From assembly GCA_045592745.1 (NCBI GenBank), contig JAZNVH010000011.1, positions 21,864-85,863 on the forward strand: a stretch of 64,000 bases of DNA, read 5' to 3'. Shown in pieces: positions 56,637 to 64,000 of this stretch (position 1 is the stretch's first letter; each line of letters opens with the position of its first letter). The notes below the pieces were generated by a model. It was not told the DNA's origin. It saw only the letters and a program-made list of their open reading frames with translations, and made no database searches. Both the position numbers and the translations under genes were made by a program. Source of the DNA: Candidatus Aphodoplasma sp. GTDB taxonomy: Bacteria > Bacillota > Clostridia > UBA1381 > UMGS1253.

Positions 56637-59240
56637 TTAAAGTTTTATAACTATGATTTCCTGAACGACATCTTTGTAGATTTTTACGAATACCTGATAC
56701 GGATCAGCTTCGTCATATTTTTGGATGTCGCCTGTTGTACCTTCAGTTACGATGTTGTTCATCTTTGTGTTATCAACAACGTATATCTTTGCATCGCCAA
56801 ACACAATGTTGCGTTCTGCACCATCGTTTACCTTTATATTCATTGATGATGCAAACTTAGCATTTACGCGGCCGTAAATAATCTCCATATCTGTAGCCGG
56901 TGTAGCGTTAAACTGGGTGTTCTTTGCTGAGATATCGAGAAGAACTCTTATTGTGCTTATCTGACCGCTTGCGTTTGTCTTGTACTGGATGATATCACCC
57001 TTTTCAAGAGCCTTTTTGGGTTCGCCTTTTACGAGGAAGTCTTTTTCTGTTGCTTCAAGCTCAATTTTTTTGCCATCCTGAACGGCGTAGAGCTTGTCAA
57101 CAATTACGCCCTGCGCGTTTTTCATTGTCGTAATCTCTGTTACAACTGCTACAGATGACTCAGCGTTTGCCTTGTAATCTGTGTTTGTAACAATCATTGC
57201 TTTTGCAGTGTAATCTTCTGTCATATCGAATACGATAGCGTTATAAGGGGTATCATTTTCAAACATTTTGTGGTTTCTTATTGCAAAGTCTTCAGGATTC
57301 GTAGAACCTGCAGGAATATCAAATATGATTGTGTTTTCATTTACAGTAACATGTCCTACTTTGCCTGTAGCTGTTTTGTATACAGCGTTTTCAAGCACAA
57401 GGTTCTTTGTAAATGAGTTTTTATCTATACCGCCAGTTGCGGTATTGTCTTTTGCTGTGTTAATTGATACAACTTTACCGTCAGAATTTTTCTCGAAAGT
57501 GATAAGCTGTTTTACTACACTGCCTTCGTTTGAAAGTGCCGCGAGAACCTCGGCTGCAGTTTTGCCGCTTGCGCCGTTAAGACGAATTTTTTCTGCTGCG
57601 GTCAAAACAACTGTCTGACCATCTTTTGTAAAGAGGCGAAGCTGGAGTTCATCGCTTATATCACTTGCTTTTGCAGCGTTTAGAAGGTATGCATAGTTAG
57701 AGCTTATTGTGCTTGTAGCATCAACCGCTGCGATTTTGCCTTCTGCATCGAGATAGAATCTGCCTTCGTCTTCAAGAGATATTGTCTGCTTGTAGCTTGG
57801 TGAAATCTGATAAATTTTATCGCCTATTTTAACTTTGTTGCCCTGTTTTTCTGTTACTTTACCTTCAATGCTGTCGCGCACTACAATAATTCTGCAGATG
57901 CTCTTGTCTTTGCTCTGTGCAACACTGAGAACATCCCACTCGGCAAGGTCTGATACCTTGATAACCTCGCCTGCTTTTTCGATTCTGTAATCGAGATCGT
58001 CATCATCAGGGTCAAGTGTAATTGTAGGTGCGCCGTATTTGTCTATGATTTTGCCTGATGAAGGCATAACCTCTTCAACTACGACATTCTGATACTCTGT
58101 AACGAATACAAAGTCGTATTTGCTGTCACGGTCTGTGTCAAGAAGGTTTACCTTGCCGGCTTTATCTTTAAGATTTATAAGAGCGTTGTCAAGTGTTTCA
58201 TATTTTCCGTTGTAGATAAGCTTTGCATCTTTGTTTATATATGCTTCGCTTTCTCTTTTGTCATTTTCTTTGTCTTTCCAGAATGAAACTACTTTTTTGT
58301 CGTCTGTATCTGTAATCTTTTCAAAATTGTCTGCACTGATTGTAAGTGTGGAGTTTTTTGATTCTTCAGGTCTTATAAGAATGATTTTCTTATCGCCATA
58401 AGCATCTTCCTGGAGATAAAATACTACGTTGTAGCCAAGAAGGTTTGACGCATCAATACCTGCAAGCTCATATATAGTTTCGCCAATCTGAACCTTACCT
58501 TTTTTTAGAGCAGCTGAAGAATTTATCGAGCTCTGGCTTGTAGCGACTACCTGACCTGTAAGCTTCTGAGTCTTAAGCTTGTTTTCAAGAAGAGTCTTGT
58601 CAACGATAGTGTATTCAACGTTTGCGCCAAAGCCTGTCTGTTCCATCATTTTAACTGTAAGTGCGTTAAACATCATCTGCGCTACGAGTGAACGTGTTGC
58701 AGGCTCGCTTGCAGCTGCAACTGCATTACGGTTAATACCATTTTCTGTACCTACTACAAGATAACCTGCAGGGTATGCACCTTTTGTAAGTGCGCTCGGC
58801 TCATGACCGATTACACGAACAAGAATTGTCATAGCCTCTGCATAGGTGATTGTATCATCAGGTCTGAATGTGCCTGTGTCATCACCGATTACGAGCTTTT
58901 GGTTTGTTGCAACGTTGATATAGCCGTTTGCCCAGTGGTTAGCCGGTACGTCGGGATATTTTGTAGGATAATTTGAGCTTAGTGCAACATCAGCAAGGCC
59001 GAGAGCATTGACAGCAATTTTTGCAACCTCGCTACGTTTTATTGCATCGTTTGGTCTGAAAAGTCCTGTATCGGCATCACCGACCATTATGTTTAGTGCG
59101 CCAAGTACTTCGACAGCCTCTGCACGAGTGTTGTCCTGCATATCGGGAGCGAGTGCGGCCGATACACTGGCTGTGCTTACTACGCTAAAAAGCATTGCAA
59201 AAGCCAAAACGCTGCCGAGCAATTTTCTTAGTTTGTTCAT
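56637..59240 (-). CDS. SLH domain cell-wall protein, 867 aa (paralog 3)
   Basis: Signal peptide MNKLRKLLGSVLAFAMLFSVVSTASVSA, then three SLH repeats (APDMQDNTRAEAVEVLG...IKRSEVAKIA; YPDVPANHWANGYINVA...ITYAEAMTIL; a third). Collinear with the 31730 and 35207 proteins. Confidence 0.9.
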   Translation of the reverse strand: MNKLRKLLGSVLAFAMLFSVVSTASVSAALAPDMQDNTRAEAVEVLGALNIMVGDADTGLFRPNDAIKRSEVAKIAVNALGLADVALSSNYPTKYPDVPANHWANGYINVATNQKLVIGDDTGTFRPDDTITYAEAMTILVRVIGHEPSALTKGAYPAGYLVVGTENGINRNAVAAASEPATRSLVAQMMFNALTVKMMEQTGFGANVEYTIVDKTLLENKLKTQKLTGQVVATSQSSINSSAALKKGKVQIGETIYELAGIDASNLLGYNVVFYLQEDAYGDKKIILIRPEESKNSTLTISADNFEKITDTDDKKVVSFWKDKENDKRESEAYINKDAKLIYNGKYETLDNALINLKDKAGKVNLLDTDRDSKYDFVFVTEYQNVVVEEVMPSSGKIIDKYGAPTITLDPDDDDLDYRIEKAGEVIKVSDLAEWDVLSVAQSKDKSICRIIVVRDSIEGKVTEKQGNKVKIGDKIYQISPSYKQTISLEDEGRFYLDAEGKIAAVDATSTISSNYAYLLNAAKASDISDELQLRLFTKDGQTVVLTAAEKIRLNGASGKTAAEVLAALSNEGSVVKQLITFEKNSDGKVVSINTAKDNTATGGIDKNSFTKNLVLENAVYKTATGKVGHVTVNENTIIFDIPAGSTNPEDFAIRNHKMFENDTPYNAIVFDMTEDYTAKAMIVTNTDYKANAESSVAVVTEITTMKNAQGVIVDKLYAVQDGKKIELEATEKDFLVKGEPKKALEKGDIIQYKTNASGQISTIRVLLDISAKNTQFNATPATDMEIIYGRVNAKFASSMNIKVNDGAERNIVFGDAKIYVVDNTKMNNIVTEGTTGDIQKYDEADPYQVFVKIYKDVVQEIIVIKL

Positions 59241-59393
59241 TGAAAAGTTTCCTCCTTTGAGTTTTTAATGTTTTTTAGTTTACATAATTACGGCGACTGC
59301 GTATAAAAAATACGCATTTTCGCATCTGTGCCAAGGGATATGCGAAGTTATGCGCTTTATACGTTGCGCAGTGTTATGTCAACCACAGTTCAC

Positions 59394-59422
59394 ATTATAA
59401 AGTATCTTATACCTAATATCAA
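59394..59422 (-). promoter_or_regulatory. Sigma-A promoter of the third SLH gene
   Basis: On the minus strand: TTGATA (59422-59417), 17-nt spacer, TATAAT (59399-59394). A second candidate, TTGACA-N15-TATAAA, lies about 25 nt downstream. The leader is about 145 nt. Confidence 0.55.
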
Positions 59423-59452
59423 CCCTCAATATATGGAAACAAAGGAAATAAA

Positions 59453-59480
59453 ACAGGGCGCAAATTTTTCTGCGCCCTGT
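59453..59480 (-). terminator. Terminator after metY
   Basis: ACAGGGCGCA / TGCGCCCTGT 10-bp stem with an 8-nt loop, followed on the minus strand by TTTATTTCCTTT. Confidence 0.75.
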
Positions 59481-59516
59481 AACACAAAACAGATTGAGTT
59501 ATTATACTATATTATA

Positions 59517-60782
59517 TTATACGTTTGCAAGAGCTTGTTTTATATCATCTATAATGTCTTCCACATTTTCAAGTCCCACAGAAAGTCTTATAAGTCCGGG
59601 AGCAATGCCCGCAGCGCCAAGCTGCTCATCAGACATTTGACGGTGTGTAGAGCTTGCGGGGTGGAGTACACATGTGCGTATGTCTGCAACGTGAACAACC
59701 AAAGAAATGAGCTTTAAGCTGTCAATAAAGCGAATTCCTGCCTCGCGTCCGCCCTTTAAAGTAAATGCAATAACTCCGCTGCAGCCATCGGGCAAGTACT
59801 TTTTCGCCATATCGGCATACGCATCACCCTCGAGGGTGGGGTAGCTTACGGCTTCAACCTTATCCTGCTCATTTAAAAAGTGCGCTACAACGTCTGCGTT
59901 TTTGCAGTGACGCTCCATTCTTATGGGTAGTGTTTCCATACCCTGATTTATTAAAAATGCCCCCATAGCGCTCTGGCACACGCCCATATCACGCATAAGC
60001 TGTACCCTTGCTTTTGTTATATATGCTGCCTGACCAAAATCTTTTGTATATATAACGCCGTGATATGATTCGTCAGGCTGGGTCATTTCGGAGTAGTTTC
60101 CGTTTGTCCAGTCAAATTTACCCGAGTCAACTATTGCGCCACCCACCTGCAAAGCGTGTCCGTCAAGATATTTTGTGGTTGAGTGTGTTACTATGTCAGC
60201 ACCAAACTCTATCGGACGGCACAACACGGGAGTAGCAAAAGTGTTATCCACAATAAGCGGAACACCCTTTTCATGCGCAATCTTTGCAAAACGCTCTATA
60301 TCAAATATAGCAATTGTGGGATTTGATATTGTTTCGCCGAAAACTGCCTTTGTGTTTGGTTTGAATGCAGCGCGAATTTCATCGTCGCTTGCGTCATTAT
60401 CAATAAATGTAACCTCTATGCCAAGCTTTTTGAGTGTAACGGCAAAAAGATTAAAAGTTCCGCCATATATTGATGCTGAGCTTATAAAATGGTCACCACT
60501 GCCCAATATGTTTAAAAGTGCGAGCATATTTGCAGCCTGTCCCGATGAGGTTAAAATTGCACCAACACCACCTTCGAGCGAAGCAAGCTTCTTTTCAACG
60601 GCATCTACCGTCGGGTTTGCAAGACGCGAATAGAAAAATCCGCTTTCGGTAAGGTCAAAAAGCTTTGCAACCTGTTCGGTTGAATTATACTTAAATGTTG
60701 TGCTCTGATATATCGGAAGTGCACGGCTCTCACCGTTTTTTGGCTCATATCCTTCGTGTAAGCATTTTGTTTCTAATTTCAT
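59517..60782 (-). CDS. metY: O-acetylhomoserine (thiol)-lyase / O-acetylhomoserine sulfhydrylase, PLP-dependent
   Basis: 421 aa. N-terminus TKCLHEGYEP...ALPIYQSTTFKY, and the PLP-lysine block VTHSTTKYLDGH typical of the Cys/Met metabolism PLP family (MetY/CysD branch). Confidence 0.8.
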   Translation of the reverse strand: MKLETKCLHEGYEPKNGESRALPIYQSTTFKYNSTEQVAKLFDLTESGFFYSRLANPTVDAVEKKLASLEGGVGAILTSSGQAANMLALLNILGSGDHFISSASIYGGTFNLFAVTLKKLGIEVTFIDNDASDDEIRAAFKPNTKAVFGETISNPTIAIFDIERFAKIAHEKGVPLIVDNTFATPVLCRPIEFGADIVTHSTTKYLDGHALQVGGAIVDSGKFDWTNGNYSEMTQPDESYHGVIYTKDFGQAAYITKARVQLMRDMGVCQSAMGAFLINQGMETLPIRMERHCKNADVVAHFLNEQDKVEAVSYPTLEGDAYADMAKKYLPDGCSGVIAFTLKGGREAGIRFIDSLKLISLVVHVADIRTCVLHPASSTHRQMSDEQLGAAGIAPGLIRLSVGLENVEDIIDDIKQALANV

Positions 60783-60821
60783 ATTAACAGGACTCCTTTT
60801 TTGTTGTTTAATCTATGATTT

Positions 60822-60850
60822 ATGTTATCATAAAAACACAATTTCGTCAA
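60822..60850 (-). promoter_or_regulatory. Candidate extended -10 promoter of metY
   Basis: On the minus strand: TTGACG (60850-60845), 17-nt spacer ending in TGa, then TAACAT (60827-60822). The leader is only about 30 nt. Confidence 0.4.
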
Positions 60851-60876
60851 GAAAATTTGTCTATAGAAAAACAAAA

Positions 60877-60900
60877 GGGACGGATGAATTTATCCGTCCC
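60877..60900 (-). terminator. Terminator after the ABC exporter pair
   Basis: GGGACGGAT / ATCCGTCCC 9-bp stem, followed on the minus strand by TTTTGTTTTT. Confidence 0.8.
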
Positions 60901-60914
60901 AAATTTTTATAAAT

Positions 60915-62702
60915 TTACTCGGTAAGCTGTGACGTATAAAGTGAATAATAAAGTCCGTGAGCATCTAAAAGCTGCTGATGACTTCCTGCTTCGGCAATAT
61001 TTTTCTGGTCGATATACAAAATTCGGTCACAGTTTTTAATTGTGGACAGTCTATGAGCAATAATAAACGAGGTTCTGCCTTTTAAAAGACTTTGCAGGCC
61101 CTTTTGAACAAGAAGCTCTGTTTTTGTATCGATAGCCGATGTCGCCTCATCCAAGATAAGCACTTTTGGGTCTGCAAGCAGTGTGCGTGCAAAGCTTATA
61201 AGCTGCCTTTGCCCTGCTGAAAGTGAGCTGCCGCGCTCTGTAACGACTGTTTCGTACCCATTTGGAAGCGACATTATAAAGTCATGAGCAGATACAATTT
61301 TTGCCGCGTTTATTGCATCTTCGTCGGCTGCATCGAGGCGTCCGTATTTTATGTTATCCATTATTGTTCCGGTAAAGATAAAAGTGTCCTGAAGCATCAT
61401 GCCCATCTGTTTTCGAAGTGAGGTAAGTGTTACGTCGTGTATGCTGTGTCCGTCAATTGTTATGCGTCCTGATTTTATGTCATAAAATCTTGCCAAGAGA
61501 TTTACAATGGTTGTTTTTCCTGCTCCGGTAGGGCCTACGAGCGCAATTGATTCGCCGGGCTTTACACGGAAGGTAACGTCTTTTAAAATTGGCATATCTT
61601 TTTCGTATTCAAAAAATACGTGCTCAAATTTTACCTCGCCTTTTACATCTTCGAGCTCATACGCATTATCTGCATCGCTGATTGCCGGCTCAACATCCAT
61701 AACCTCAAATATTCTTTCAAGATATGCCGCGGTATCAATTACGCTGTTGTAAAGGTTTCCAAGGTTTTGTATAGGTCCCCAGAAGCGGCCGCAGTATGAA
61801 CCCATGGCAATAATTACACCTACACTGATGCTTTCGCCAAGACTTATGCCGATAAGATACACTGCAGCAGTCGAAAAAGCCGAAATTATCATTGCGGCGG
61901 GAAACATTGTGTGCACGATAAGTGAACGGCGCACAAACCATTTTGAACATTCTTTTGCCATTTTATAGGCAATTGAATAGTTTTTTTCTTCGCGGTCAAA
62001 AGATTGAGTAACCTTCATACCGTCGATGCTTTCCTGATAATATGCATTGATGTTTGAGTTTTTGTTTGAAAATATGCGGCTTGTTTTTCTTTGGGCGTTT
62101 TTTACGATTAATATGTACGTAGAAAACGGGACAAGTCCCACCAAAACAATAAGCGACAGACGCACATGTGTAAAAAACATAAAAAACAAAATAAACACAA
62201 GGCTTAAAAGCTCCAAAACAATGTTTATAAGTCCGTTTGAGAAAAAGTCCGCCACAGAGTTTACATAGTTTACAACGCGCACTAAAATCTTTCCGTGCGG
62301 GCGTGAGTCATAATAGTCAAATGGAAGCTTTTGCAAATGTTCAAACAAATCGTGGCGTATTTCCGATACGATTTGTTGTCCGGTGGTAGCGCTGATTTTC
62401 GCTCTTTTACGCTCGGCAAAAGCTATTGTCACAACAAGAAGATATCCGACAATTCCTGTTATAATAATGCCGGTTATATTTTTTTCGGGCACAAATTTGT
62501 CGGTAATAATTCTTAGCATTGATGGAAATGTAAGTCCTGCAAGAATAGCTATTATGCTGAAAATGAGTGCAAGTACCAGTTCTTTTGAATGGCTTTTTAT
62601 GTACTTTACACTTTTTGAAAAGTGCCTTAGGCTAAATGGTGAGTCAAGTGATTCGTCAACGTCATATTTGTTGCGTTTTTGCTTTGATGATGTATCAGCC
62701 AT
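60915..62702 (-). CDS. ABC transporter permease/ATP-binding protein (type I exporter half-transporter)
   Basis: N-terminal six-TM domain, then Walker A GPTGAGKTT, signature LSAGQRQ and Walker B VLILDEATS. Confidence 0.9.
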   Translation of the reverse strand: MADTSSKQKRNKYDVDESLDSPFSLRHFSKSVKYIKSHSKELVLALIFSIIAILAGLTFPSMLRIITDKFVPEKNITGIIITGIVGYLLVVTIAFAERKRAKISATTGQQIVSEIRHDLFEHLQKLPFDYYDSRPHGKILVRVVNYVNSVADFFSNGLINIVLELLSLVFILFFMFFTHVRLSLIVLVGLVPFSTYILIVKNAQRKTSRIFSNKNSNINAYYQESIDGMKVTQSFDREEKNYSIAYKMAKECSKWFVRRSLIVHTMFPAAMIISAFSTAAVYLIGISLGESISVGVIIAMGSYCGRFWGPIQNLGNLYNSVIDTAAYLERIFEVMDVEPAISDADNAYELEDVKGEVKFEHVFFEYEKDMPILKDVTFRVKPGESIALVGPTGAGKTTIVNLLARFYDIKSGRITIDGHSIHDVTLTSLRKQMGMMLQDTFIFTGTIMDNIKYGRLDAADEDAINAAKIVSAHDFIMSLPNGYETVVTERGSSLSAGQRQLISFARTLLADPKVLILDEATSAIDTKTELLVQKGLQSLLKGRTSFIIAHRLSTIKNCDRILYIDQKNIAEAGSHQQLLDAHGLYYSLYTSQLTE

Positions 62703-62703
62703 T

Positions 62704-64000
62704 TTAAAGCACCTCCTCTTTTTCGTTTGCTATGCCTTGTTGCAAACAATATATATCGTAGTAGTAGCCTTTGTTTTTAAGAAGCTCATCGTGTGTGCCA
62801 CTTTCTGAAATGGTACCGTTTTCAATTATGAAGATTTTGTCTGCGTTTTTAACTGAGGAAATACGCTGCGCAATTATAAATGTGGTATGTGTTCCTTTGC
62901 GTTTATTAAGCTGTGATTGTATATATTTTTCCGTTTCCATATCAACCGCTGAGGTCGTGTCGTCCAAAATAAGAATCGGCGTTTCATATGCAAGTGCACG
63001 GGCAAGTGCAATGCGTTGCTTCTGACCGCCCGAAAGACCAACGCCACGCTCTCCGACAATGGTGTCATAGCCGTCCGGTGTGCGTTTTATAAAACTGTCT
63101 GCATCAGCTGCTTTTGCATAATCAATAACACTTTCTTCGCTCATGTCGGGATTTCCGTAAGCTATGTTTGCATCGATTGTATTTGAGAACAAAAATACGT
63201 CCTGCATAGACATACCGATTCTTGCGCGAAGTGCGTTAAGGTCATAGTCGCGAACGTCTACACCGTCAATTTTTATGCTGCCGCCATTAACATCTGCAAA
63301 ACGAGGCATAAGCATTGCAAGTGTTGATTTGCCCGAGCCTGTGGGGCCCATTATGCCGATTGTCTGTCCCGGCTCGGCCGAGAGCGTTATATCTTTTAAA
63401 ATGTCGCTTTTTCCATATTTAAAGCTTACATTTTCAAATTCCACTTTTCCTGCGGGAGCATCTGTATCATCGCACGGTATGTAAGCATTTTCTTTGTTTT
63501 TAATATCGCAGCGCGCATAATAAAGCTGCATAACCTTTTGAGTAGATGAGAAAAAGCGCTGTGAGTCATTTATAACAATTCCTGCCTGGCGCATAGATTC
63601 GTTAACGAGCCAGTTTAGATTATAAAACAGCAAGAATTCGCCGATTGTTATCTTCTCATATACAAGCATGAGGCCGCCAACGATAAAAACTGTAATAAGT
63701 ACGCCGTTACCGAGTGCGCCGAAGATGGGCCCAAACTTTGCTGCCCATACGCAAGATGCGTCAACGGCTGCGTCACGGTATTTGGTGTTTAGATTATCAA
63801 AACGTGAAAGCTCGTGCTCTTCGCGCACAAAGGCTTTGACAACTCTGTTTGCAGCAATTGTTTCCTGCACACGTGCGTTTAAGTGGCTGTTTGTTTCACG
63901 AAGATGTGTGTGCAGCGGAGCAGAGGTTTTTCTTACCTTCAGTACAAGATATGTCATAAATGGCGATGCAACAAGCAGAATTGAAGCCAGAAGTGCGTTT
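62704..64000 (-). CDS. ABC transporter permease/ATP-binding protein, partner half-transporter (5' end beyond the window)
   Basis: Walker A GPTGSGKST, signature LSGGQKQR, Walker B ILILDDTTS. The reading frame stays open from 63957 to 64000 (own translation ...NALLASILLVASPFMTYLV), so the ORF-track Met at 63957 is internal. Confidence 0.9.
   Translation of the reverse strand, partial: NALLASILLVASPFMTYLVLKVRKTSAPLHTHLRETNSHLNARVQETIAANRVVKAFVREEHELSRFDNLNTKYRDAAVDASCVWAAKFGPIFGALGNGVLITVFIVGGLMLVYEKITIGEFLLFYNLNWLVNESMRQAGIVINDSQRFFSSTQKVMQLYYARCDIKNKENAYIPCDDTDAPAGKVEFENVSFKYGKSDILKDITLSAEPGQTIGIMGPTGSGKSTLAMLMPRFADVNGGSIKIDGVDVRDYDLNALRARIGMSMQDVFLFSNTIDANIAYGNPDMSEESVIDYAKAADADSFIKRTPDGYDTIVGERGVGLSGGQKQRIALARALAYETPILILDDTTSAVDMETEKYIQSQLNKRKGTHTTFIIAQRISSVKNADKIFIIENGTISESGTHDELLKNKGYYYDIYCLQQGIANEKEEVL

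Noticed and set aside
59328-59717. A 129-aa plus-strand ORF spanning the SLH-3 leader, the metY terminator and the 3' end of metY.
   Set aside because: It crosses a terminator hairpin and overlaps the metY coding sequence antisense. It has no RBS and an implausible composition, so it is not a gene.
60783-60914. I expected a SAM riboswitch or Met T-box ahead of metY.
   Set aside because: The intergenic region is only ~130 bp and is occupied by the ABC-gene terminator and a promoter that leaves a ~30-nt leader, so there is no room for either element and no conserved cores are seen.
1-64000. I looked for CRISPR arrays, tRNA/rRNA genes, transposases, integrases, phage genes and long direct or inverted repeats.
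   Set aside because: None were visible by eye in any intergenic region, and all large ORFs have ordinary cellular functions. A computational repeat search (self dot-plot) would still be needed to exclude dispersed short repeats.

Overview
This looks like a chromosomal segment of a low-GC, spore-forming Firmicute, probably a Clostridia relative (spoIVA, GerM-like and SleC-like genes, SLH wall proteins). All coordinates, hairpins and motifs were hand-read; nothing was computed or searched. I saw no rRNA, tRNA, CRISPR array, transposase or integrase. Layout: (1) 1-174 is the 5' end of spoIVA. (2) 545-18650 is a 17-gene, single-strand, translationally coupled Wzx/Wzy glycan locus. It has 3 GT2 and 2 GT-B glycosyltransferases, an EpsG-type polymerase, a flippase, three pyruvyltransferase paralogs, two FrhB-like Fe-S/flavoproteins, the UDP-L-FucNAc pathway FnlABC and an uncharacterised nucleotidyltransferase-fold protein. 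(3) Housekeeping genes follow: a Toprim protein, mreB, fabZ, rpoB-rpoC (not next to ribosomal protein genes), a small XRE module, and pyrG. (4) Two tandem SLH-domain wall proteins sit at 31730-38035 and a third paralog at 56637-59240 on the other strand, each with a strong promoter and a long leader. (5) The remainder holds a repeat-domain exported protein, an RpiB/LacAB-like gene broken by one in-frame amber codon, a polysaccharide deacetylase, mutS2, a DD-carboxypeptidase, a HAD hydrolase, a GerM-like/HK/RR operon, a SleC-like germination cluster with the prepeptide as a separate ORF, nrdD-nrdG-dut with tandem NrdR boxes, metY and two ABC exporter genes. The most interesting candidates are the repeated pyruvyltransferase + FrhB-like pairing in the glycan locus, its possible link to the SLH proteins, and the operator-controlled XRE/unknown-ORF module between rpoC and pyrG. 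I found no clear-cut novel system, and all functional links are hypotheses.
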